Below, piece by piece: positions 53,966-62,900 of a DNA stretch of 64,000 nucleotides. Numbering within the stretch: the stretch's first letter is position 1; each line of letters begins with the position of its first letter. The DNA lies in NCBI RefSeq assembly GCF_044232965.1, contig NZ_JBIIKX010000019.1:15337-79336 (forward strand). The letters are read 5' to 3'. The notes beneath the pieces were generated by a model, which saw only the letters and a program-made list of their open reading frames with translations, was not told where the DNA came from and did not search any database. A program made the position numbers and the translations under genes. This stretch comes from Prosthecobacter sp. GTDB taxonomy: Bacteria; Verrucomicrobiota; Verrucomicrobiia; Verrucomicrobiales; Verrucomicrobiaceae.

Positions 53966-54457
53966 CTACAGCATCTTCTGCATCCAGGTCACATCGAGCC
54001 AGCGACCGTGCTTGTGGCCGACTTCTTTGAGATGGGAGACTTTTTCGAAGCCGAATTTGGCGTGAAGGGCGATGCTGGCTTTCTGATCCGCATCAATGCC
54101 GCCGAGGACGGTGTGGTGGCCGATCTTTCTGGCGAGGTCGATGAGTTCGCCGAGCAGGAGGGAGCCGAGGCCTTTGCCTTGATGCTCGTGATGCAGGTAA
54201 ACAGAATCCTCCACGCTGTGGCAGTAGGCCTGGCGCGGATGGAAGCGGCTCAGCGAGCCCCAGCCGATGATCTGGCCGTCTTCTTCGGCGACGATGACCG
54301 GATGTTCCGGGCCGTGCGCGTCAAACCAGTCGCGCCGCTCCTGCGCGGTGCTGGGAACGGTTTGATAGGTGCAGGTGCTGTGCTCGACGTAGTGATTGTA
54401 GATCGCGTTGATGGCGTCGAGATCGGCCGCGGTGGCTGGGCGTGTGGTGACGGGCAT
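53966..54457 (-). CDS. GNAT-family N-acetyltransferase (phosphinothricin/L-amino-acid acetyltransferase-like)
   Basis: It has RPATAADLDAINAIYNHYVEHSTCTYQ and HHEHQGKGLGSLLLGELI (acetyl-CoA site pattern). Confidence 0.88.
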   Translation of the reverse strand: MPVTTRPATAADLDAINAIYNHYVEHSTCTYQTVPSTAQERRDWFDAHGPEHPVIVAEEDGQIIGWGSLSRFHPRQAYCHSVEDSVYLHHEHQGKGLGSLLLGELIDLARKIGHHTVLGGIDADQKASIALHAKFGFEKVSHLKEVGHKHGRWLDVTWMQKML

Positions 54458-54693
54458 GAGGGCAGGAAACGTGGCTTTGGCGGGGAAAGAAGCGCTCAAA
54501 TGACGAATGTCGAATTCCGAGCCGAGCGAAGCGAGACAGACTGCCGGAGGCGGCCCGCAGGGAAGCGTAGCGCATCAATGACGAAACGGTGACGACCTTG
54601 CCCGCTTTGCTTTCCATTCTTGACTCGGTGGTAGGCTCCCGGCATTCTCGCGGCCCGGAAAAATAATCCACCAACAACTCACACCTTCATTTT

Positions 54694-55776
54694 ATGGCCA
54701 TCAAAGTCGGAATCATCGGAGCAGGCGGCATGTTGCAGTATCACGCGGCGGGTTTCCGCCAGGCAGGCGCGGAAATCGTGGCCGTGGCGGACGCCGCGCC
54801 CGGCGCCGCGAAGCGTGCCGCTGAAAAATGGGGCATCGCGAAGTCCTACGAGTCCGTCGGCGCCATGCTCAAAGGCAGCCCCGAGATCAAGGCGGTCAGC
54901 GTGATCGTGCCCAACAAGTTTCACAAGCCGCTCACCATCCAGTGCCTCAAGGCCGGCAAGCACGTCTTCTCTGAAAAACCCCCGGCGATGAACGCCAAGG
55001 AAGTCAAAGAGATCATCGACGCCGCCAAGGCCGCGAAGAAAAAAGTGCTCTTCAACTTCAACAACCGCGCCCGCCCAGAATCGCAGGCCATGATGAAGTA
55101 CATCACCGATGGCACCGTGGGCAAAATCAACTCCGCGCAGGCCAAGTGGATCCGCCGCACCGGCATCCCGGGCTTCGGGGGCTGGTTCACCACCAAGGCT
55201 CTCTCCGGCGGCGGTCCGCTCATCGACCTCCTGCACATGATCGACCTCGCCATGTATTTCATGGGCTATCCCGAGCCCGCGCACGTGCTCGGCCAGACCT
55301 TCTCCGATTTCATCACCGACAAGCAGTTCAAAGGCCCCTGGGGCATCCCTGACCGCGCCGATGGCACCACCGACGTGGAAAATGCAGCGCACGGTTTCGT
55401 CACGTTCAAAGGCGGCCAGGTGCTCAGCCTCCAGGTCTCCTGGGCGGAGATGGTGAAGCGTGAGGAAGTCTCCGTCGTCTTCCAAGGCACAAAGGCCGGT
55501 GGCAAGGTCGAGCGCCTCTTCGGCATCGACGGCCTCGACAACACCGCCATCGACACCTGCGAGCTCTACGTCCAGGAAAACGGCAACAGCGTGAACCGCA
55601 GCATCGTCACGCCTGCTTGTGAAGACATGGGCCGCATCGGCTCTGCCGCGAACTTCATCCACGCCATCGAAGGCAAGGCCGCCCCGCTCAACACCCCCGA
55701 GCAAGCCCTCCGCCTCATGCAGGTCATCGACGCCATCTACGCCTCTGCGAAGACGAAGAAGCCTGTGTCGATCTGA
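54694..55776 (+). CDS. Gfo/Idh/MocA-family oxidoreductase
   Basis: MAIKVGIIGAGGMLQYHAAGF is the Rossmann N-terminus, and it has the EKP motif (FSEKPPAM). Confidence 0.92.
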   Translation: MAIKVGIIGAGGMLQYHAAGFRQAGAEIVAVADAAPGAAKRAAEKWGIAKSYESVGAMLKGSPEIKAVSVIVPNKFHKPLTIQCLKAGKHVFSEKPPAMNAKEVKEIIDAAKAAKKKVLFNFNNRARPESQAMMKYITDGTVGKINSAQAKWIRRTGIPGFGGWFTTKALSGGGPLIDLLHMIDLAMYFMGYPEPAHVLGQTFSDFITDKQFKGPWGIPDRADGTTDVENAAHGFVTFKGGQVLSLQVSWAEMVKREEVSVVFQGTKAGGKVERLFGIDGLDNTAIDTCELYVQENGNSVNRSIVTPACEDMGRIGSAANFIHAIEGKAAPLNTPEQALRLMQVIDAIYASAKTKKPVSI

Positions 55777-55794
55777 TCTCGACGTTTTGACATG

Positions 55795-55830
55795 AAAAAG
55801 GCGCAGGCGGTTTCGCCTGCGCCTTTTTTT
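55795..55830. terminator. Bidirectional rho-independent terminator between convergent oxidoreductase genes
   Basis: AAAAA-GGCGCAGGCG-gttt-CGCCTGCGCC-TTTTTTT. Confidence 0.85.
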
Positions 55831-55843
55831 GACTCTCAACGGA

Positions 55844-57070
55844 TCAGCTCAATCCGCCACGGTCGCTGTTGAGCGACGCATCGCCATACTTCGCACGTGT
55901 GGTCGGCGTGAAGTCTAGAGGCGTCCAGGCGGCGTTATTAGCGGAGGAGGCGACCACGGCCTCGATGAAGGCCATGCCAGCTACGCCTTCTTCGATCGAC
56001 GGGTAATCCATGTCGAGCGGGTTTGGCTGAGTGCCGGCTTCGATGGCGCGGATGTGGTTGGTGAAGTTTTTGTAGATGTTCGCGAAGCCTTCGAGGTAGC
56101 CTTCGGGATGACCGGCGGGAGTGCGGGTGGCCGCTGCCGCGGCGCTGCCGAGGTAGCCCATGCTGGTGCGATAGATCTGCTTCGGCTGATCGAGCGAGGT
56201 GACGATCATCGTGTTGGGATCAAGCTGACTCCACTCGATTCCGCCCAGCTCGCCATAGACGCGGAGGCTGAGGTTGTTTTCGCAGCCGACGCTGATCTGG
56301 CTGGAGTGCAGCACGCCCTTGGCGCCGTTGGTGAAGCGCAGCAGCACGTTGCCATCGTCCTCCAGACGGCGGCCTTCTTTGCCGAGGAAGATGGTGAGGT
56401 CAGCGGCGAGTTCCTTGATGTGCAAACCGGTGACGTATTCGGCGAGGTTGATGGCGTGAGTGCCGATGTCGCCCATGCAACCAGCGGCTCCGCAGATCGT
56501 AGGATCGACGCGCCAGGAAGCCTGCTTCTGACCGGTGTTTTCAAGCATCGTGGCCAGCCAGCCCTGCGGGTACTCGACGACCACTTTGCGGATCTCGCCC
56601 AGCTTGCCCTGCTCGATCATCTGGCGGGCCTGACGGATCAAAGGATAGCCCGTGTAGTTGTAGGTGACGCCATAGAGCTTGCCGGATTTCTTGACGATCT
56701 CCGCGAGTTCCTTCGCCTGGGCGAGATTGAAGGTCGCCGGTTTGTCGGAGAGCACATGGAAGCCGCTTTCCAGCGCGAGCTTCGCCGCCGGGAAGTGCAT
56801 GTGGTTCGGCGTGACGATGGAGACGAAGTCCATGCGCTTGTCCGCAGGCAGTGCGGCTTCCGTGCGAATCATCTCCTCAAAATTCCCGTAGCAGCGCTCG
56901 GCAGGGAGATAGAAATCGGCACCACTGGCCTTCGATTTTTCCGGATTGGAAGAGAAAGCGCCGCAGACGAGTTCGATCTGCTGGTCGATAGATGCCGCGA
57001 TGCGATGAACGCCGCCGATGAAGGCGCCGCGTCCGCCGCCGATCATGCCATAACGAATTTTCCGGCTCAT
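55844..57070 (-). CDS. Gfo/Idh/MocA-family oxidoreductase
   Basis: MSRKIRYGMIGGGRGAFIGGVHR is the N-terminus, and it has SDKP in place of the EKP motif. The product is about 408 aa. Confidence 0.92.
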   Translation of the reverse strand: MSRKIRYGMIGGGRGAFIGGVHRIAASIDQQIELVCGAFSSNPEKSKASGADFYLPAERCYGNFEEMIRTEAALPADKRMDFVSIVTPNHMHFPAAKLALESGFHVLSDKPATFNLAQAKELAEIVKKSGKLYGVTYNYTGYPLIRQARQMIEQGKLGEIRKVVVEYPQGWLATMLENTGQKQASWRVDPTICGAAGCMGDIGTHAINLAEYVTGLHIKELAADLTIFLGKEGRRLEDDGNVLLRFTNGAKGVLHSSQISVGCENNLSLRVYGELGGIEWSQLDPNTMIVTSLDQPKQIYRTSMGYLGSAAAAATRTPAGHPEGYLEGFANIYKNFTNHIRAIEAGTQPNPLDMDYPSIEEGVAGMAFIEAVVASSANNAAWTPLDFTPTTRAKYGDASLNSDRGGLS

Positions 57071-57170
57071 AAACAAAATGCTGGGTGTGTGGGTTGGGGT
57101 GAGTGAGGAGCGCGAGTGTGCGCAGAGCCAGCAGGCGGGTCAAGTCCGCATAAGCGTCCCATCCGGGCAC

Positions 57171-57221
57171 AAAAAACCCCGGAGAGGGTCACCCAACGCG
57201 CTCAGGTTCGTCTCTCCGGGG
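57171..57221 (-). terminator. Rho-independent terminator after the AraC-family gene
   Basis: The minus strand reads CCCCGGAGAG - 25-nt loop - CTCTCCGGGG followed by TTTTTT. Confidence 0.65.
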
Positions 57222-57281
57222 CCGTGTCGTCGAAACATCGCGGTGCGATGCGCATGGCGACAAGCTTTTATGTGCGGCGGC

Positions 57282-58103
57282 TTATGCGGCCAGCAGGGCA
57301 GGGGAGCCGTTTTTCATGCGGCTGCGGAATTCCGTGGGGGATTCATCCGCGATGCGGCGGAAGCTGCGGTTGAAGTGGGACAGGCTCTGGAAGCCGACGT
57401 CGTAGGCCACTTCGGTGATGCGGGCGGCGGGCTTCATGAGCATGCGCTTGGCCTTTTCCACACGGGCGCGGTTCACGAAGTCCGTGAAGGTGAGGCCGGT
57501 GGCGCGCTTGAAGAGCTTGCAGAAGTGGAACGGGCTGACATTCACGGCGCTGGCGACGGCTTCGAGGGACATCGGCTCGGCCAGATGCGCGTGAATGAAG
57601 GACTTCGCATTGCGGACGGCTTCGGGCTCGTGAGTCGCGGTGGCAAACAGCAGGCGGTGGGCGCTGTCGCCGAGCTGAAGGGCGAAGGATTGCAGAATGG
57701 CCAGCGCGGCGTCGTAGCGCTCAGGCTGCATGATCGGAACCTGCTCAAACTGCACCTTGGCGCTGCGGATCTCAGCGGCGGAGCGGTCGTCATCAAGCAG
57801 GGCCTTGGCGACCGGGGCAAAGTTTTCGGCGCTGGCCGGCTGGAGGCGCACACCGCCGGTGAGCATGACGGCGATGGTGTTTTTGCCGACACGGACAGGC
57901 ACCTGGGTTTCGACGACACCAGCGACACCGGTGCGGGTGGTGATGTTGTCGATATGCACATCCTCGCCGACAGACTCGAGATTCAGCGGCAGGCTGGTCA
58001 GGGTGTGGAAGGCTTTCTGGTAGTGTTGAAACAACTCGCTCTCAGCCAGGTTCTGGATGAAGCGTTGACGGGCGGAGGTGTGGGAGGCGGTGTTGGTGTT
58101 CAT
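57282..58103 (-). CDS. AraC-family transcriptional regulator
   Basis: The C-terminal HTH is LEAVASAVNVSPFHFCKLFKRATGLTFTDFVNRARVEKAKRML...ITEVAYDVGFQSLSHFNRSFRR. The start is taken at the ATG at 58101-58103. Confidence 0.9.
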   Translation of the reverse strand: MNTNTASHTSARQRFIQNLAESELFQHYQKAFHTLTSLPLNLESVGEDVHIDNITTRTGVAGVVETQVPVRVGKNTIAVMLTGGVRLQPASAENFAPVAKALLDDDRSAAEIRSAKVQFEQVPIMQPERYDAALAILQSFALQLGDSAHRLLFATATHEPEAVRNAKSFIHAHLAEPMSLEAVASAVNVSPFHFCKLFKRATGLTFTDFVNRARVEKAKRMLMKPAARITEVAYDVGFQSLSHFNRSFRRIADESPTEFRSRMKNGSPALLAA

Positions 58104-58232
58104 GGCGCGTTCGTGGTTTGCTTTCACGCCGCCACTATGCCTCACCGTTGTTGTTCCGATATTGTCGTCCCCTACGGTTCGTAGCGTCATGCATCACCGC
58201 AATTTCGGCATAATGGTTTCCACTATGCGCCA

Positions 58233-58320
58233 TGGTGCCGATGGCCGGACTCGAACCGGCAAGGGAGTTGCCTCCCAGCAGATTTTAAGTCTGCTGTGTT
58301 TACCATTTCACCACATCGGC
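58233..58320 (-). tRNA. tRNA-Leu (anticodon UAA), CCA encoded
   Basis: Hand fold: acceptor GCCGATG/CATCGGC, anticodon stem-loop GCAGA-CTTAAAA-TCTGC, long variable arm TGGGAGGCAACTCCCTT, and T-arm GCCGG-TTCGAGT-CCGGC. Confidence 0.92.
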
Positions 58321-58364
58321 GTGGGAATGACTGCGCCGCCACTGTAGCGGCGATGTCATGGGTC

Positions 58365-58790
58365 TCAATAGCTGAAAATCTCGCCGTCCTTGAAGAAGCG
58401 CTTCAGCTCGACGGCAGCCGCCTCGGGGGAATCGGAGGCGTGGACCACGTTGGTCATCTTGTCCGTGCCGAAATCGCCCCGGATGGTGCCTTTGGGCGCC
58501 ACTTTGGAGTCGGTCGGGCCGAGGAGGTCGCGGACATGAGAAATGATGTTTTCACCTGCGATGGCGACGGCGATCACGGGCTTGCTCTTCATGAAACCGG
58601 CCACATCAGGGAAGAACGGCTTGTCGGCGATGTGCGAGTAGTGCTCCTTGAGCAGTTCATCGGTGAGCTGGATCATCTTGCAGCCGCGGATGCGGAAACC
58701 CTCGTCTTCGAGACGCTTGAGGACTTCGCCATTGATGCCGCGTGCGACGCAGTCGGGCTTGAGCAGGATGAGGGTGGTTTCTTGGGCCAT
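58365..58790 (-). CDS. ndk: Nucleoside-diphosphate kinase
   Basis: It has MAQETTLILLKPDCVARG and NVVHASDS (catalytic His). The start is the ATG at 58788-58790. Confidence 0.96.
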   Translation of the reverse strand: MAQETTLILLKPDCVARGINGEVLKRLEDEGFRIRGCKMIQLTDELLKEHYSHIADKPFFPDVAGFMKSKPVIAVAIAGENIISHVRDLLGPTDSKVAPKGTIRGDFGTDKMTNVVHASDSPEAAAVELKRFFKDGEIFSY

Positions 58791-58906
58791 GAGTTTTTGG
58801 GGGAAAGGGCGGGCATAGTGCCGTCCGGCGTCCCATCCGTCAAGGCTGGGAATCTTTTGCCAGATGGAAACCCGGCGCTTAGGCTTCGCCCAGTTTCGCC
58901 AGCGCC

Positions 58907-59650
58907 ATGCCCGCACGCTCCTTCGCCTTCTTCGATCTCGACCACACCCTGCTGCCTTTCGACACGCAGGCACTGTTCTGCAATTTCGTACTCAAGCGTG
59001 AGCCGTGGCGTGTTTTTCTGCACGGTCTGTTCGTTCCGGTGGCCCTGGCGCGTGCCTGCGGCCTGGCCAGCACCGCCACGGCCAAGCGCGCTTTTTTGAG
59101 CTACCTGCGCGGCATGCCGCGCGAGCGGTTGGCCAAGTATGCGCATGAGTTTGCCGAGGTCTGCGTGCCAAAATGGGCCTACGCCGACCTGCGGGCTGAA
59201 ATCCTCCGCCACAAGCACCAGCACCGCATTCTGGTGCTGAACACCGCAAGCCCGGACTTCTACGCGCACGACATCGCCCACGCCCTCGGCTTTGACTACT
59301 GCATCGCCACGCGGTTCGAGATCGGTGACACGTTTCCAGGCATGCCTAAGCTCGTCACAGGCAACAACAAGCACGAGGCCAAGATCGTCGCGATGGAGGA
59401 AGCCGTGCCCGGTGTGGCCGAACTGACCGAGCGGGAGCGCTCCACCTGCTGGAGCTATTCCGACAGCGCCGCTGACCTTCCGCTGCTCGAATACGCCGGC
59501 TTCGCCGTGCTCGTGCATCCTTCCAAACGCCTCGCCGCCATCGGCCAGCTCCGCGACTGGACGGTTCTGCGTCCCGTGCGCCCCTACCAGAACAAACTGG
59601 GCGACATGTTTCGCGTCATGCTGCAAATGTTCGGCCTGCATCCCGAGTGA
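58907..59650 (+). CDS. HAD-IB family hydrolase
   Basis: It has FAFFDLDHTLL (DxDxT motif I) and SDSAADLPLL (motif IV region). Confidence 0.85.
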   Translation: MPARSFAFFDLDHTLLPFDTQALFCNFVLKREPWRVFLHGLFVPVALARACGLASTATAKRAFLSYLRGMPRERLAKYAHEFAEVCVPKWAYADLRAEILRHKHQHRILVLNTASPDFYAHDIAHALGFDYCIATRFEIGDTFPGMPKLVTGNNKHEAKIVAMEEAVPGVAELTERERSTCWSYSDSAADLPLLEYAGFAVLVHPSKRLAAIGQLRDWTVLRPVRPYQNKLGDMFRVMLQMFGLHPE

Positions 59651-59703
59651 GTGAGCCCTTGCTCATGCCGCAGACGGATTTATGATCGCGCACGTTTCGT
59701 GAG

Positions 59704-59779
59704 GCACCCGTAGCTCAGTGGATAGAGCAGCCGATTTCTAATCGGCCGGTCGCAGGTTCGATCCCTGCCGGGTGCGCCA
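59704..59779 (+). tRNA. tRNA-Arg (anticodon UCU), CCA encoded
   Basis: Hand fold: acceptor GCACCCG/CGGGTGC, D-arm GCTC-AGTGGATA-GAGC, anticodon stem-loop GCCGA-TTTCTAA-TCGGC, and T-arm GCAGG-TTCGATC-CCTGC. Confidence 0.92.
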
Positions 59780-59794
59780 TTGATTCCAAGAAAG

Positions 59795-59867
59795 TACCCC
59801 CGACCGGACTCGAACCGATAACCAAGGAATTATGAGTTCCCTGCTCTAACCATTGAGCTACAGGGGC
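59795..59867 (-). tRNA. tRNA with CAU anticodon (elongator Met, or Ile2 if lysidine-modified)
   Basis: Hand fold of the reverse complement: acceptor GCCCCTG/CGGGGGT, D-arm GCTC-AATGGTTA-GAGC, anticodon stem-loop GGGAA-CTCATAA-TTCCT, and T-arm ATCGG-TTCGAGT-CCGGT. No CCA is encoded. Confidence 0.88.
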
Positions 59868-59929
59868 GTGGTTGGAATGCGCGGAGTATGCACGACTCGT
59901 GATTCGCGGCAACAGGCGATCTTGCTGTT

Positions 59930-62900
59930 CTATGCGGCCCGCTCGGCCTCGATGTCGAAGAGGAACTCGAAGTCCTCGCGCTGGAGGAGGTTGGTGAAGC
60001 CGCCCTCGCCGAGGACGTTGTTGACCATGAGGTTCTTCTTGTGCTGCAAGGTCATGATCTTTTCCTCGATGGTGCTCTTGGTGAGCATGCGGTAGGCCAT
60101 GACGGGCTGGGTCTGGCCGATGCGGTGGGCGCGGTCGATGGCCTGGTTCTCCACAGCGGGGTTCCACCAGGGATCGTAAAGGATGACGTAGGAAGCGGCG
60201 GTGAGATTGAGGCCGCTGCCGCCGGCTTTGAGGGAAAGCAGGAAGACACTGGCCTTGTCGTCTTCTTGGAAGGCTTTGACGATGCCTGCGCGATCCGTAC
60301 TGGCGCCGGTGAGCCAGTGGTAGGGCAGGTTCATCTCCTCCAGCTTGGTGCGGATGATTTTGAGCATCGTGACGAACTGGCTGAAGAGCAGCACCTTGTG
60401 ACCTTCGGCGTTGAGTTCCTGGAGAAGTTCGAGCGTGGCGGTGAGCTTGGCGCTCTCCTCATTTTCGGCGGTTTTGTCGATGAGGCCTGGGTGGCAGCAA
60501 ATCTGCCGCAGACGTGTCAACGCCTGCAAAATGGCGAAGCGGCGGCGGTTCACCATGTCGAAGCCGGAACTGCTGAGCACGAGATGCTGGGCGCGGGCGA
60601 GTTCTTCTTTGTACAGCTCGGCCTGACGGCCGCTCATCTCGCAGAGCATGTTTTCCTCGCTGCGGGATGGCAGATCGCGGGCCACCTGGCCCTTGGTGCG
60701 GCGCAGCAGGAACGGGCGCAGACGCGCGGCGAGGCGCTCGGAGGCGCGAGGGTCTTTGCGGCGGTCGAAATGACGGTGGAAGTAGCCGCGTTCGCCGAGC
60801 GCACCTGGCGTGGCGAAGGTCATGAGGCTCCACAGGTCGAGCAGACGGTTTTCGAGCGGTGTGCCGGTCAAAACGAGGCGGTTGTCAGCACGGAGCTGGC
60901 GTGCGGCACGGGCGGTTTGCGAGTCCGGGTTCTTGATCTGCTGGCCTTCATCGAGGATCGCGGCCAGCCAGCGGATGGCGGACAGTTCCTCGATGACGTT
61001 GCGCATTTGCGTGTAGTTGAGCACCAGCACGTCGATCTGCGTCTGCACGAGCGTGAAGTCGAACAAGTCGCGGTCATGCAGCACGAGCACGCGCAATCCT
61101 GACGCGGCTTTGTTGAACTCCAGTGCCCAGACATCGAGCACGGACTTTGGGCACACGACGAGGACGGGCAGGTGCGGGCCGTCGGCTTTTTTGCGGGAAC
61201 GCAGCCACAGCACCCAGGCGATGCTTTGCAGCGTCTTGCCCAGGCCCATGTCATCGGCCAAAATACCGCCGAAGCGGTTCGTGGTGAGGTAGGTGAGGAA
61301 CTGATAGCCTTCGACCTGATAGGGGCGCAGCGTCACGTTCAGCTCCTCCGGCACCGGCGGGCGCACATCGAGCTTGGCCTCCTCCATGCGCTCGACGATT
61401 TTACCCCATGCCTTGGGGCTGACGATTTCCGCCGCTTTTTCCTGCGCGAGCTGGCGCCAGTGCAGGCGATGTGTCTCGTCGCTGTTTTCGTTGAGGTCGA
61501 TGCCGAGGCTGTCGAGCAACTGCATCTGCTCCTCGCTGAGCTCCAGCTTCACCCGCCGCCAGGAACCGTCGGCGAGGCGAACAAATTCCCCCTTGGCCGC
61601 GATGAGGCGGCGGATGTCGGCGGGCTTCAAATCCGCGCCTTCGATGTCGAAGACGAGTTTGAGGTCCAGCCAGTCGATATTGCCAGCCTGGGTGGCCTCA
61701 AGGCGGACGCGGGCGATGAGAGGATCGGCGAGGATGGTCTGAAGCCGCTCATCGGTCTGCAAAGACACGTTTTCAGGCAGGTTTGAGGCCCACTGGTGAA
61801 ACAAGTCGGGGAAATCCTTCGCCATGCGCACGCGCCAGCCGTCGGTCTCGTGATCCCAGGTGCGGCGGAGCTGGTTTAGGAGCTCTTCGGCGTCGCGCAG
61901 GGCACGGCGGTCGCGGCAGATGATGGTGTCCTCGGTGTCAGCCGTTTTTTTTTCATCCACTGGCTGCCAGCCGGAGATGCGCAGCGTCTCGCGCAGGCGG
62001 CCTTCGCCATCGACGGCCTCGGCCTTCAGTGTGACAAATTCAGCCCCGCCGGAGTGCGGTGCCTTGGCCATGCAGGCGGCGGTGACTTTGACGCGGAGGT
62101 TTTCATGCCGCACTCGGCCCTGGATCGAATCTGGCACGTCGATGTCGATCTCGCGCATGAAGGCGATGCCCTCGGGCGTGGCGAGCGCCTCCAGCGGCAT
62201 GACCACCGGGGTGTCGATGCGTGATTCATCCTGCAGCCAGACCGGGCCGTGAAACAGCGTGTCGGCGCTCAGGTAGAACGTCTGCGAGCCGCGCAAAATG
62301 CGCAGCGGCAGCGGGGCGGGGGTGCCTTCCGCTGTTTCGAGCTGCAAGGTGAGTGTGAGGCCGTCGGCGCTCAGTTTGGAGGCCCAGCGCAGCGGTTCTT
62401 GGACGCGCTGGAATGGCACCTCGTCACGCGTGATGAGCAGGGTGTGTAAAGCGGGTTGTTGGAACAGCGTGGCGAGCCATCGCGCGTGATGTTTCGTCTC
62501 CAGGCGGAAGGAGTCGTTCCAATCCTCCTCGCTTTGCGCCTTGCAGGACACCAGAAGCAACTCGGACGGGCCGGAAGTCACGATGTGACCGTCACGGTGC
62601 TCCTTGCGCAGCGAATCGAGCAGCGCGGCGTCCACATTCGCGAATGCTGATGGCGTTTCGCCGCCCAGGCTGATTTGCAGCCGAACATCATTGACTGTGA
62701 TCAGCAGGCGGAACTCGCACTGGCGTGTTGAGTCATGATTCGAGGTGTCAGCTTCCTGTCGTGCGTCGATGAACTCACGGATGCGCTTCCGCCAGGTCGG
62801 CACGGTGCTGGCATGGCGCCAGTCCCGCAGCGCCTCGCGAGTGCCGTCAATGTCCGCCATGCCGCGCAGGAACGCGGGCGGGGACAGGCCCTTGTCCGCG

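Noticed and set aside
59795-59867. Initiator tRNA-fMet assignment for the CAU tRNA
   Set aside because: Shifting the fold to create a C1xA72 mismatch breaks the U8/A9 spacing. The anticodon stem also lacks the three consecutive G-C pairs typical of initiators.
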